Assembly: GCA_944381205.1 (NCBI GenBank)
Contig: CALWKG010000002.1
Span: 20,464 to 84,463, forward strand
From: an uncultured Clostridia bacterium
GTDB taxonomy: Bacteria > Bacillota > Clostridia > Christensenellales > UBA1242
Direction: 5' to 3'
DNA length: 64,000 nucleotides
Positions 1 to 8,735 of this stretch are shown here, in pieces. The translations under genes were made by a program, and so were the position numbers. Positions within the stretch are counted from its first letter, which is position 1, and every line of letters begins with the position of its first letter. The notes under the pieces are model-generated. The model searched no databases. It was not told the DNA's origin and was given only the letters and a program-made list of their open reading frames with translations.

Positions 1-627
1 AATAGACTTGGTTTAAGCGGAGTAGATTTTAGAAGTTTCTATGGAGAAATTTTAAAAAATAAAAACTTGAAAGTTATTGGTATATTTAGCCACATTAGCG
101 ATAGCGATAACGAATATAGGACAAAACAGCAAATACAAAAATTCGATTATGAAACAAAAGGCATAAATGCACTAAGGCACATTGCAAACACAGGGTGTGT
201 TTTAAACGGTAATGGGCTATTTAATATGGTTAGGGTTGGAATAGGTCTATATAATTTAAAGCCAGTTATGCAAATTTATGCCAATGTTATTGATATAAAA
301 TCGGTTAAAGCGGGTGGATATATTGGATACGGCAGTAAAACAATTGCAAATAAGGATATGAGCATCGCCATAATTGATATAGGTTATGCCGACGGGCTTA
401 TGAGATGTTACCGTGGAAATGTGATAATTAGGGATAAATTATGTAGAATAGTTGGGAATATTTGTATGAGTATGTGTTTTGTTAATGTGACAGGTAAAGA
501 TTGTCGTATAGGCGATAAGGTTATAGTTTTAGGAAAATCAAAAACTTGTGAAATAACGGCACAGTACATCGCAAAAAAATGCCATACAATAGACTACGAA
601 ATTCTAACAAATTTTAATAAATTATAG
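1..627 (+). CDS. alr: alanine racemase, C-terminal portion (5' end outside window)
   Basis: The frame is open from base 1 (NRLGLSGVDF..), so track ORF 67..627 (TTG) is only the tail. The peptide shows alanine racemase C-terminal domain motifs: GYGSKTIA, IDIGYADGL, CRIVGNICMSMCFVNV, IDYEILTN. Confidence 0.85.
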   Translation, partial: NRLGLSGVDFRSFYGEILKNKNLKVIGIFSHISDSDNEYRTKQQIQKFDYETKGINALRHIANTGCVLNGNGLFNMVRVGIGLYNLKPVMQIYANVIDIKSVKAGGYIGYGSKTIANKDMSIAIIDIGYADGLMRCYRGNVIIRDKLCRIVGNICMSMCFVNVTGKDCRIGDKVIVLGKSKTCEITAQYIAKKCHTIDYEILTNFNKL

Positions 628-778
628 TTTTTAGGGCTATCTTTTATAGGGTTTTAGGAATATGTACAACAAAATTTTTTAACAAAGATTTTTTGTTACA
701 TTTTATTTTAACTTTAAGGCTTAAATTACAAAAATGGTTATAAAAAGTTTTGTAAAAAATTAACTGCAAAGAATAGTA

Positions 779-806
779 TAAAAAAAAGCCCCGCAATCAG
801 CAGGGC
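779..806 (-). terminator. intrinsic terminator downstream of the GT8 gene
   Basis: Read on the minus strand: GCCCTGC-TGATT-GCGGGGC (7-bp stem with one G-U pair) followed by a T8 run, about 24 nt past the stop at 830. Confidence 0.7.
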
Positions 807-829
807 AAGTTTAAAAACATAAATATAGA

Positions 830-1825
830 TTAATACAAATTGGTTTGTAGTGGTATTACAAGTTTTATACCAATATTACTATTATTCAGTACCTTATTAA
901 AAGTGTTTTTTGAGTTGGCATACTCTATTGCCTGGATTTGAATGTCTATTGCTGCACGCTGTTTTTTAAGTTCAGCAAGAGTGTCAAACTTATTAAGGCT
1001 TTCTAGAATATCATCATAAAAACTAGATTCCTTGGCATAATCCCAAAAGTGATTTGCCAAAAATATGCTGTTTTTTTGCCAAGGTTTTATACCAAGAGCA
1101 TAATGAACAATTTGTGGCTTTTCGCAGTTGACAGTTTCTATTGGAGTTCTGTTCCATTCAACAGGCAAATATTTTATTTTGTCTTTGCAAAGGTAGTTTA
1201 TATAGGCTTGGTCTGGGTCGATTACATCAAAGTTATATGTTGTAAGTAGTTCTACAAATTTTTCTTCCATTTTCATTTCTCTTAATTTTGCTAAGTCCAT
1301 AAGTAAAATGCCGCTATTAATGTAATGTTCACTGTCAATTCCAACGGCTTCGTTGGTGTACAAACTAAAAACTGGCGAATGTAATATAAATTGCTCTACA
1401 ACACCAGCCACTGCATTTTCTTCCATATCTGTATGATATAGTTTTGAAATATCTCCAAGAACTACTATATCGCAATCTAGATATAAAATTTTGTCGTACT
1501 CTGGGAACAGTTGTTCAATAAATAACCTATAATAAGATGCTAGCCCAAAATGATAAACATTTCTTAACTGATGCTTTATATCTTCAATGGAATGAGATAT
1601 GTCAACAAAGTTAATTATAAAATTTTCATTGGCTAGTTTTTTTATTTTGTCCATTTTTTCTCTAACTAGTCCAGTATTGAGTATTACAATTCTATATTTA
1701 TAATCTTTTGATGCGTTTTTAATAAGAGACCTTATTGCGACGTCAAGATAAGGCAAATAATTGTCGTCTGTTGAAAAGAAAATTGGTATTTCGTTTAGAC
1801 TTTTATGTCCTAAAAAATTTGTCAT
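830..1825 (-). CDS. glycosyltransferase family 8 protein
   Basis: 331-aa ORF with GGAG shortly before the ATG. Motifs IPIFFSTDDNY, YYRLFIEQLFPEYDKILYLDCDIVV (DxD) and NSGILLMDL are typical of retaining GT8 enzymes. Confidence 0.8.
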   Translation of the reverse strand: MTNFLGHKSLNEIPIFFSTDDNYLPYLDVAIRSLIKNASKDYKYRIVILNTGLVREKMDKIKKLANENFIINFVDISHSIEDIKHQLRNVYHFGLASYYRLFIEQLFPEYDKILYLDCDIVVLGDISKLYHTDMEENAVAGVVEQFILHSPVFSLYTNEAVGIDSEHYINSGILLMDLAKLREMKMEEKFVELLTTYNFDVIDPDQAYINYLCKDKIKYLPVEWNRTPIETVNCEKPQIVHYALGIKPWQKNSIFLANHFWDYAKESSFYDDILESLNKFDTLAELKKQRAAIDIQIQAIEYANSKNTFNKVLNNSNIGIKLVIPLQTNLY

Positions 1826-2037
1826 AATAAAATTTCTCCTTTTTTTTCGAACTGACCTTATTTTAATTATTTAGTAAAAAAAATCAATGCGAATAACCAT
1901 TTTTTTCTCTACACTTAATTTAAAAAAAAGAGAATTTAAAATAAAAATTCTCATTTTCCGAGAATTTTAGATTCTTTAAAAATGAGACCACAAAAAACAC
2001 ATAGAATTCTTAATTTTAGAGAATATAAAAAATTAAT

Positions 2038-2066
2038 ATAAAAAAATACTTTGATTTTCAAAGTAT
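2038..2066 (-). terminator. intrinsic terminator downstream of the acyltransferase gene
   Basis: ATACTTTGA-TTT-TCAAAGTAT perfect 9-bp hairpin (2046-2066). On the minus strand it is followed by a T7 run (2040-2046 are A on +). Confidence 0.65.
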
Positions 2067-2074
2067 CTTATTTA

Positions 2075-2818
2075 TTAATCAAATCTTTGTGGGATATAAC
2101 CTGTTAAATCTAACATAGATAATTCATTTGTTCGTCTGCACATTTCATCTGCTAGTTTATCCCCAGTTAGCCCTAAATCTACGCACTTAGAATATTTTAT
2201 AGGTTTATCAAAGATGTAGACATTTTCGCTTTTCTTGTAGTATGTTGCAAAGATGTCTAAGTCAATACCTTCTTTGTAGCAGGTTTTTGCAAGGAAGGCA
2301 AAACCTGAAAAATATTTTGTAAGAGTATCAAAATATCCTTGTGAAGAATCTTCTGGGAAAATTACTATTTTTTGACCTTCCTTTATGGCATTAACACTTT
2401 CCTTTATAGTATTTCTTAGTCTTGTGTCGCGATATGTCGGTATAAGCCTAAGTCCTTTATAAAATAAATTTGCGAATGGGGCAGCAATTAAACTAAATGA
2501 TTTTGCGAAAAATTTTTTCCAATGATGTTTTTGGTAGTAGTATGTTTCAGATAAATACTTATAAACCATTTTTAAGCCAGAGTTCATTTCGTATGTGCCC
2601 CAAATACGCAACGGCTGTTTAAAATAAAGTTCTGCTTTTAGTGGGCCTTTTGCACCTGCATGGTTACTTAAAATCAAACAATTCTTTTGAGGCTTATCAC
2701 CTAAAAAAATAAACTTTGGTTTATGGATAAAAATTTTTAAGAAGTTTTTTAAACCTCTAAACCACCACTTTCTATTATTTTTCACAATGTCATTCCTTTT
2801 ACTAAGTGATTGTAACAA
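2075..2818 (-). CDS. PlsC/LPLAT-type acyltransferase family protein
   Basis: LILSNHAGAKGP (NH-type catalytic motif) and VIFPEDSS (FPEG-like motif). The track start is a TTG with no SD. GTG at 2785 has AAAGGAA about 8 nt upstream and may be the true start. Confidence 0.6.
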   Translation of the reverse strand: MLQSLSKRNDIVKNNRKWWFRGLKNFLKIFIHKPKFIFLGDKPQKNCLILSNHAGAKGPLKAELYFKQPLRIWGTYEMNSGLKMVYKYLSETYYYQKHHWKKFFAKSFSLIAAPFANLFYKGLRLIPTYRDTRLRNTIKESVNAIKEGQKIVIFPEDSSQGYFDTLTKYFSGFAFLAKTCYKEGIDLDIFATYYKKSENVYIFDKPIKYSKCVDLGLTGDKLADEMCRRTNELSMLDLTGYIPQRFD

Positions 2819-2933
2819 ATATATAACTTTTAGTCAAAGACAAAATAAAAAACCCTTTTTAACGCAAAATATAAAATCAAAATTATTTTATAAATTTTAT
2901 TTAAAAGGGTTTTATTTTATTAAAATCTAATTT

Positions 2934-4988
2934 TTATAGTTCTTCTGCGACCTTCCATGCTTGCCAAATTACAGTTTTTAGATTCCCAACTTTGCTTGCA
3001 TCTCCTACGATGTGCACATTTTTTGCTTTTTTCGCAATAGGGTTAGGGTTATACCCAATGGATACAATTATGTTGTCAACTTTTAATTCTTGTTCTTTTC
3101 CATCTTTGGTTAGTATTACTAAGTGTTTTGCATCTTTTATTTCTTTAACACTACTTTCTAGATAGACTGGAACTTTGTTTGTTTCGAAGAAATCCCTAAG
3201 GTAAGACGAATTAGCAAGGCAAACCCCCTTTACTGCTATAAGGTCATTTTTAGCCTCGATTATAATTGGTTTTTTGCCTTTAAGGTATAAATCATAGGCA
3301 ATCTCACACCCAGTAAGTCCACCGCCAATAATTGCAACCTTATTGCCAACTTTTTTGCCATCTAAATATTCTATTGCTTCTATTGTTTTGTCCACATTTT
3401 GCAAAGGTAAATGTTTTGGCTTAGAACCCGTGGCAATAACAATTTCATCTGCGTCTAAGGCGGAAATGTCTTTTATTTCTGTATTAAAGTTTACCTTGAT
3501 GTTTAGTTTTTCTATTTGACGTCTATACCAAGATAAAAGTTGTTTATCCTTTTCTTTAAAATCTGGGGCAGCGGCTTCAATAAATACACCGCCTAGTTTA
3601 TCTGTTTTTTCGTAGATAGTAACATCGTGTCCTCTTAAAGTCGCAATTCTAGCAACTTCTATACCGCCAACACCGCCACCAATAACTGCTATTTTCTTTT
3701 TGGTTTTTGCTGGGATTATGTCATATTCGTGATTGTGCATTGTAATAGGGTTTAGTGCACACCTAGCCATATGGGCGGTTTCACTCATCGTAGCACCATT
3801 TGAAATCCCTTTATAGTGTGACATAGGGAAACAGCCATTATGGCAACAAATACAAGGTTGAATGTCTTCAATTCTATCTTCCATTAACTTTGTAACCCAT
3901 TCGCCGTCCACCAAAAATTGCCTTGCGACTCCCATAGCATCTATTTGTTTGTCTTTTATTGCCTTGGCAGCGACCACAGGAGTCATTTTACCTGCACAAA
4001 CAACAGGAATATCAACAAATTTTCTAATATGGGATACATCTTCTAGGTTACAGTTTATAGGCATATATGCAGGTGGGTGAGCCCAATACCAAGCATCGTA
4101 TGTTCCGTTATCTGCGTCTAGCATATCATATCCGGCATCTTGTAAATACTTTGCTGCTTTTTCGCTTTCTTCCATATCTCTGCCAATCTCTTCAAATTGT
4201 TCTCCTGGCATAGCCCCTTTGCAAAATTCTTTGGTTTTGCTTACTACTGAATATCTAAGTGATACAGGGTAATCACTTCCACACTCTTTTTTTATTGCTT
4301 GAACAATTTCAACAGGGAAGCGGTATCTATTTTCAAAACTTCCACCGTATTCATCGTGTCTGTGGTTAGTGTATTTAGTAGTAAATTGGTCTAAAAGATA
4401 ACCTTCGTGTACTGCGTGAATTTCCACTCCATCGACACCTGCTTCTTTGCACAGTTTGGCTGTCCTTGCAAAGGCATCTACCATTTTGGCAATTTCTTTT
4501 TTGGTAATTTCTCTACAAATTACATCTTCCGCCCAACGAGAAGGTAGTTCGCTAGGAGAAGCGCACAAATATCTTACGTCACAAATAGGCTTCATAAGAG
4601 CATTTAAAAATTTGCTTTTTGCCATAGGAACCATCATATCTGGGATAGAAAATGACCTTCCAAATCCCGCAGTTAGTTGTACAAATAATTTTGCACCAGT
4701 TTTATGAAATTCCGTCATATACTCCTTTAATTGTTTAAACATTTTTTTGTTTTGATAAAGCCATCTTCCGCCTATTAGGTCTTTAATTGGGGCAATTCCC
4801 GGGATAATAAGTCCAACGTTTTGTTTTGCTCTTTCCATAAAAAACTCAGCCGATTGCTTATCAAAGTGATTAGGTTTCATCCACCCAAAGAGAGAAGTTC
4901 CACCCATAGGGCAAAGGACAATACGGTTTTTAATTTCCACATTGCCGATTTTCCAAGGTGTAAAAAGTGGTTCATAGATTTTGTTCAT
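2934..4988 (-). CDS. NADH:flavin oxidoreductase of the 2-enoate / 2,4-dienoyl-CoA reductase type (OYE-like domain + FAD/NAD(P) domain)
   Basis: 684 aa with AGGAG SD. The N-terminus PWKIGNVEIKNRIVLCPMGG and HAVHEGYLLDQF match the OYE TIM-barrel. CICCHNGC is the Fe-S motif. KIAVIGGGVGGIEVA and VAIIGGGLTGCEIA are two Rossmann GxGxxG motifs. Confidence 0.8.
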   Translation of the reverse strand: MNKIYEPLFTPWKIGNVEIKNRIVLCPMGGTSLFGWMKPNHFDKQSAEFFMERAKQNVGLIIPGIAPIKDLIGGRWLYQNKKMFKQLKEYMTEFHKTGAKLFVQLTAGFGRSFSIPDMMVPMAKSKFLNALMKPICDVRYLCASPSELPSRWAEDVICREITKKEIAKMVDAFARTAKLCKEAGVDGVEIHAVHEGYLLDQFTTKYTNHRHDEYGGSFENRYRFPVEIVQAIKKECGSDYPVSLRYSVVSKTKEFCKGAMPGEQFEEIGRDMEESEKAAKYLQDAGYDMLDADNGTYDAWYWAHPPAYMPINCNLEDVSHIRKFVDIPVVCAGKMTPVVAAKAIKDKQIDAMGVARQFLVDGEWVTKLMEDRIEDIQPCICCHNGCFPMSHYKGISNGATMSETAHMARCALNPITMHNHEYDIIPAKTKKKIAVIGGGVGGIEVARIATLRGHDVTIYEKTDKLGGVFIEAAAPDFKEKDKQLLSWYRRQIEKLNIKVNFNTEIKDISALDADEIVIATGSKPKHLPLQNVDKTIEAIEYLDGKKVGNKVAIIGGGLTGCEIAYDLYLKGKKPIIIEAKNDLIAVKGVCLANSSYLRDFFETNKVPVYLESSVKEIKDAKHLVILTKDGKEQELKVDNIIVSIGYNPNPIAKKAKNVHIVGDASKVGNLKTVIWQAWKVAEEL

Positions 4989-5276
4989 TTGTTACTCCTT
5001 AAATAAATTTGTTAATATAATACTAATAATTTTTGGATTTTCTGTCAAATTATTAATTAATAATCGAAACTATTTTTTTGAAAATAAAAGATTTTGGATA
5101 ATATCAAAAAATGTAGTTTATAACTAAAAAATTTACAATACTACGTATGTGATTTATGCTTTTAAAAAACAATATCACATAAACTATACAAATTTTTTCT
5201 GCCAAAAAAATCAAACTTACATCTAAAACAAATTTATTTGATTTGAAAATTGTAATTTTTGTTGTAAAATGACTCT

Positions 5277-6677
5277 ATGAGATTATTCACAAAATTAAAG
5301 AATGGGTTAAAACGTTTACCACTACATATGCCGGGGCATAAAAGAAAAAATATATTTAATAATACATTACCTTATGATATTGATGTAACAGAAATAGATG
5401 ACTTTGATAATTTATATAATCCAAGTGGAATTTTAAAACAAAGTCTAGAAAATTTGACTAAATTATATAATTCCCATCAATCATTTTATTTGGTTAATGG
5501 TAGTACAAGCGGGATTTTTGTTGCGATTAAAAGTTTTTGCGATGTGGGGGATAAGATAATTATTGCCCGCAATTCGCATAAGGCAGTTTTTAATTTTGCA
5601 GAAATACTTAAATTAGATGTAGTTTTTTTAGATTGTGAAATTGATGATTTTGGCATTGTAAAAGAAATAAATTTGGATAATTTAAAGAAAATAGTCTTGC
5701 AAAATCTTGATGCAAAATGTGTTGTGATAAACTCTCCTACGTACGATGGGGTAATATCTAACGTTGGAGAAATTGCTGATTTTTTGCACAAAAATAAAAT
5801 TCCGTTAATAGTAGATGAAGCCCACGGTAGTCATTTGTTTTTAGATAATAAAGATGCTGTTAATCTTGGGGCAGATGTGGTTATAAATAGTATGCACAAG
5901 ACTTTGCCTAGCCTAACTCAAACAGCGGTCATTCATGTTTCAAAAAATGCTCTCAATAAAGAAATTTTATCTAGAAAAGTGGCTAAATATGTGAGCGTGT
6001 TTTGTTCTTCTAGTCCTTCATATATATTACTCTGCTCATTAGATGAATGTGTTAGTTATTTGCAAAGAAAAGGGGAAAAAGACTATCAAAAGTTAAAGCA
6101 GAACTTAGATTTATTTAAGAAGAGAATATTAAGTTTAAGGTTTCTTAAAGTAATAGGATATAATGAAAATGCAGACTTTTATGATTTTGATAACACTAAA
6201 ATTGTAATCAGCACGGCAAAGACTAGTATCTCGGGAATAAAACTTTCTAAGTTGCTGAGAAGTTATAATATAGAGTGTGAAATGTCTAGTTTATACAGTG
6301 TGCTTTGTTTAACATCTATTTGTGACGATAAAAAAACGCTTTTAGACTTAGCAGATGCTCTTATAAAAATTGATAGTAAATTAAAGATAAAGGATAACGT
6401 GATTATTAATAGTTTGCCAAGGCTAAACATAAAAAAAGTAGTTTATAAAGAAATAAAAAGTTGCGATTTGTCAAATTCGTTTGGTAAAGTTTGTGCAGAA
6501 TACGTGTATGCCTATCCACCCGGGATACCAATTTTAGTCCCAGGGAGTGTGATTAATAATGATATTATTAATTGTTTGAGTTTGCTCAAAAGAAACCATG
6601 TAAATTTGGTTAGTACAAATGGTCTTATTGATAAAAATTTGGTAGTTGTAGGAACTAATTACTTGACAAAAAATTAA
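5277..6677 (+). CDS. PLP-dependent Orn/Lys/Arg decarboxylase family protein (OKR_DC_1 type)
   Basis: N-terminal LHMPGHKR, STSGIF, DEAHGSH and SMHKTLPSLTQ (PLP lysine) match the YaaO/SpeA-like decarboxylase family. No clear SD is present. Confidence 0.75.
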   Translation: MRLFTKLKNGLKRLPLHMPGHKRKNIFNNTLPYDIDVTEIDDFDNLYNPSGILKQSLENLTKLYNSHQSFYLVNGSTSGIFVAIKSFCDVGDKIIIARNSHKAVFNFAEILKLDVVFLDCEIDDFGIVKEINLDNLKKIVLQNLDAKCVVINSPTYDGVISNVGEIADFLHKNKIPLIVDEAHGSHLFLDNKDAVNLGADVVINSMHKTLPSLTQTAVIHVSKNALNKEILSRKVAKYVSVFCSSSPSYILLCSLDECVSYLQRKGEKDYQKLKQNLDLFKKRILSLRFLKVIGYNENADFYDFDNTKIVISTAKTSISGIKLSKLLRSYNIECEMSSLYSVLCLTSICDDKKTLLDLADALIKIDSKLKIKDNVIINSLPRLNIKKVVYKEIKSCDLSNSFGKVCAEYVYAYPPGIPILVPGSVINNDIINCLSLLKRNHVNLVSTNGLIDKNLVVVGTNYLTKN

Positions 6678-6722
6678 AATAAAATATAATAAAAATACGA
6701 ATTTTTAAGGAGAAAATATAAT

Positions 6723-6875
6723 ATGAAAAGAATTAAAACTTTGGAAACAAGAAAATTAGTTGGTGAAACACTTAAAACAAGTGGTTGTGGGGAATGTCAA
6801 ACTTCTTGTCAATCTGCTTGCAAGACTTCTTGTGGGGTGGCAAATCAACAATGCGAAAAGTGCAAAGCAGAATAA
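6723..6875 (+). CDS. scfA: SCIFF (six-cysteine) ranthipeptide precursor, 50 aa; not in the ORF track (below its size cut-off)
   Basis: Hand translation: MKRIKTLETRKLVGETLKTSGCGECQTSCQSACKTSCGVANQQCEKCKAE. AAGGAG lies at 6707-6712. The GGCGECQTSCQSACKTSC core is the SCIFF family signature, and the cognate radical SAM maturase gene is downstream. Confidence 0.93.
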   Translation: MKRIKTLETRKLVGETLKTSGCGECQTSCQSACKTSCGVANQQCEKCKAE

Positions 6876-6893
6876 TATTAAGTGGATTAGAAA

Positions 6894-6922
6894 ATGCCGA
6901 TAATAAGTCGGCATTTTTTTTG
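6894..6922 (+). terminator. intrinsic terminator / attenuator directly after scfA
   Basis: ATGCCGA-TAATAAG-TCGGCAT (7-bp perfect stem) followed by T8. Confidence 0.8.
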
Positions 6923-7168
6923 ATAAACAAAAAAGATTTTATAACAAATTTTACGTGCAGGTTTTACAAAAAAATTTTTAAAGTAGAATTTTTACAGGTA
7001 GATTTTACAACTATTCGTTTTGGATAAATTCAATAGACAATTTAAAAAACTATGCTAACTGTTTTATAAATAAATTTTTTGTTTGAATATAGTTGGTTTT
7101 AATAGTACTAGTGGGATACAAGTAAAATATTTCTGGTACAGATAAAATTATTTAAAAGGGAAGAACAA

Positions 7169-8551
7169 ATGATACATTGCTATAAACTAAATGGATATAA
7201 TATTGTGCTTGACGTGTACTCGGGTAGTGTTCATAGTGTAGATGATTTGGCTTATGACATTATTAGTGAGTACGAAACTAAGGATAAAAAACAAATAAAG
7301 GCAGAAATGTTAAAAAAGTATGCAAACGATTCAACTGTTAATGAAAAAGAGATAGACGAAGTTTTTGACGATATACAGGAACTAATTATACAAAAAAAAC
7401 TCTTTACCAAAGATACTTTTGAAGACAAGGCTTTTGATTTCAAAAAAAGGAATACGGTCATAAAAGCACTTTGTTTGCACGTTGCTCATACTTGCAACTT
7501 AAATTGCGAATATTGTTTTGCTAGCCAAGGCAAGTATCACGGGGAGCGGGCTCTTATGAGTTTTGAAGTAGGCAAAAGAGCCATTGACTTTTTGATAGAA
7601 AACTCTGCGGGCAGAAGAAATTTAGAGGTCGATTTTTTTGGTGGTGAGCCACTTATGAACTTTGAAGTTGTAAAGCAAATAGTTAAATATGCTAGAAGTA
7701 TAGAAGGTAAATTTAATAAAAATTTTAGATTTACATTAACTACTAATGGGGTTGCCTTAAATGACGAAGTTATTGATTTTGCAAATAAGGAAATGCACAA
7801 CGTAGTTTTGAGTTTGGACGGAAGAAAGGAAGTTCACGACAATTTGCGAAAAACAATTACAGGTAAGGGTTCGTACGATATAATTGTGCCAAAATTTCAG
7901 GAGTTTGTAAAAAGACGTGGTGGAAAAAATTACTACATTAGGGGTACTTTTACCCATAATAACGTAGATTTTACTAACGATATTTTTCATATGGCAGATT
8001 TGGGATTTAGAGAACTTAGTATGGAGCCTGTTGTGTGCGACCCAAATGAAAAATATGCTTTAACACAGGAAGATTTACCAAAATTATTTGAGCAGTATGA
8101 AATTTTGGCAAATGATATGCTAAGGCGAGAAGAACAAGGTGACCCTATAACTTTTTATCATTATATGATTGACTTACAGCACGGGCCTTGTATTTATAAA
8201 CGTATTAGTGGTTGCGGTAGCGGAACAGAATATATGGCTGTTACACCGTGGGGGGATTTGTATCCGTGTCATCAATTTGTTGGAGAAGAAAAATTCTGTT
8301 TAGGTAATATTTATGACGGGGTGACTAATCAAAAACTCGTAGAAGATTTTAAATGTTGCAACGCATACGCAAGGCCAGAGTGTAAAAATTGTTTTGCAAA
8401 ACTATATTGCAGTGGCGGTTGTGCAGCAAATGCCTACCACGCAACAGGGGATATAAAAGGTGTCTATAACTATGGTTGTGAACTATTTAAAAAACGTATA
8501 GAATGTGCCATTATGATGCAAGTCGCAATGCAGGATATGAGTAAAGAATAA
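7169..8551 (+). CDS. scfB: radical SAM/SPASM thioether-forming SCIFF peptide maturase
   Basis: 460 aa. Evidence is the N-terminus MIHCYKLNGYNIVLDVYSGSVHSVDD, the CNLNCEYC radical SAM triad, and a Cys-rich SPASM tail (CGSGTEYMAV..., CxxCfakLYCSGGC). It sits next to scfA. Confidence 0.92.
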   Translation: MIHCYKLNGYNIVLDVYSGSVHSVDDLAYDIISEYETKDKKQIKAEMLKKYANDSTVNEKEIDEVFDDIQELIIQKKLFTKDTFEDKAFDFKKRNTVIKALCLHVAHTCNLNCEYCFASQGKYHGERALMSFEVGKRAIDFLIENSAGRRNLEVDFFGGEPLMNFEVVKQIVKYARSIEGKFNKNFRFTLTTNGVALNDEVIDFANKEMHNVVLSLDGRKEVHDNLRKTITGKGSYDIIVPKFQEFVKRRGGKNYYIRGTFTHNNVDFTNDIFHMADLGFRELSMEPVVCDPNEKYALTQEDLPKLFEQYEILANDMLRREEQGDPITFYHYMIDLQHGPCIYKRISGCGSGTEYMAVTPWGDLYPCHQFVGEEKFCLGNIYDGVTNQKLVEDFKCCNAYARPECKNCFAKLYCSGGCAANAYHATGDIKGVYNYGCELFKKRIECAIMMQVAMQDMSKE

Positions 8552-8553
8552 GC

Positions 8554-8587
8554 AAAAAAGACTTTATTTGATGATAAAGTCTTTTTT
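8554..8587. terminator. bidirectional intrinsic terminator between convergent scfB and yfhO
   Basis: AAGACTTTAT-TTGATG-ATAAAGTCTT 10-bp hairpin flanked by an A-run upstream and a T-run downstream. Confidence 0.7.
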
Positions 8588-8735
8588 AATCTAATATAAG
8601 TATGAGTTTAAATTTTTTAATATTTTTCTAACTTTAAAGACCAGTTAAACATTAGATAATTGGCCGTAGTTTTTATTTGTTTTTTAAAATATGAGATACT
8701 CTTTTGGTCTATTAATTAATTTTCACATTATTTCA

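Noticed and set aside
6785-7027. Track ORF of 80 aa overlapping scfA.
   Set aside because: It is out of frame with the clearly recognisable SCIFF peptide, runs straight through the scfA terminator hairpin, and has no SD.
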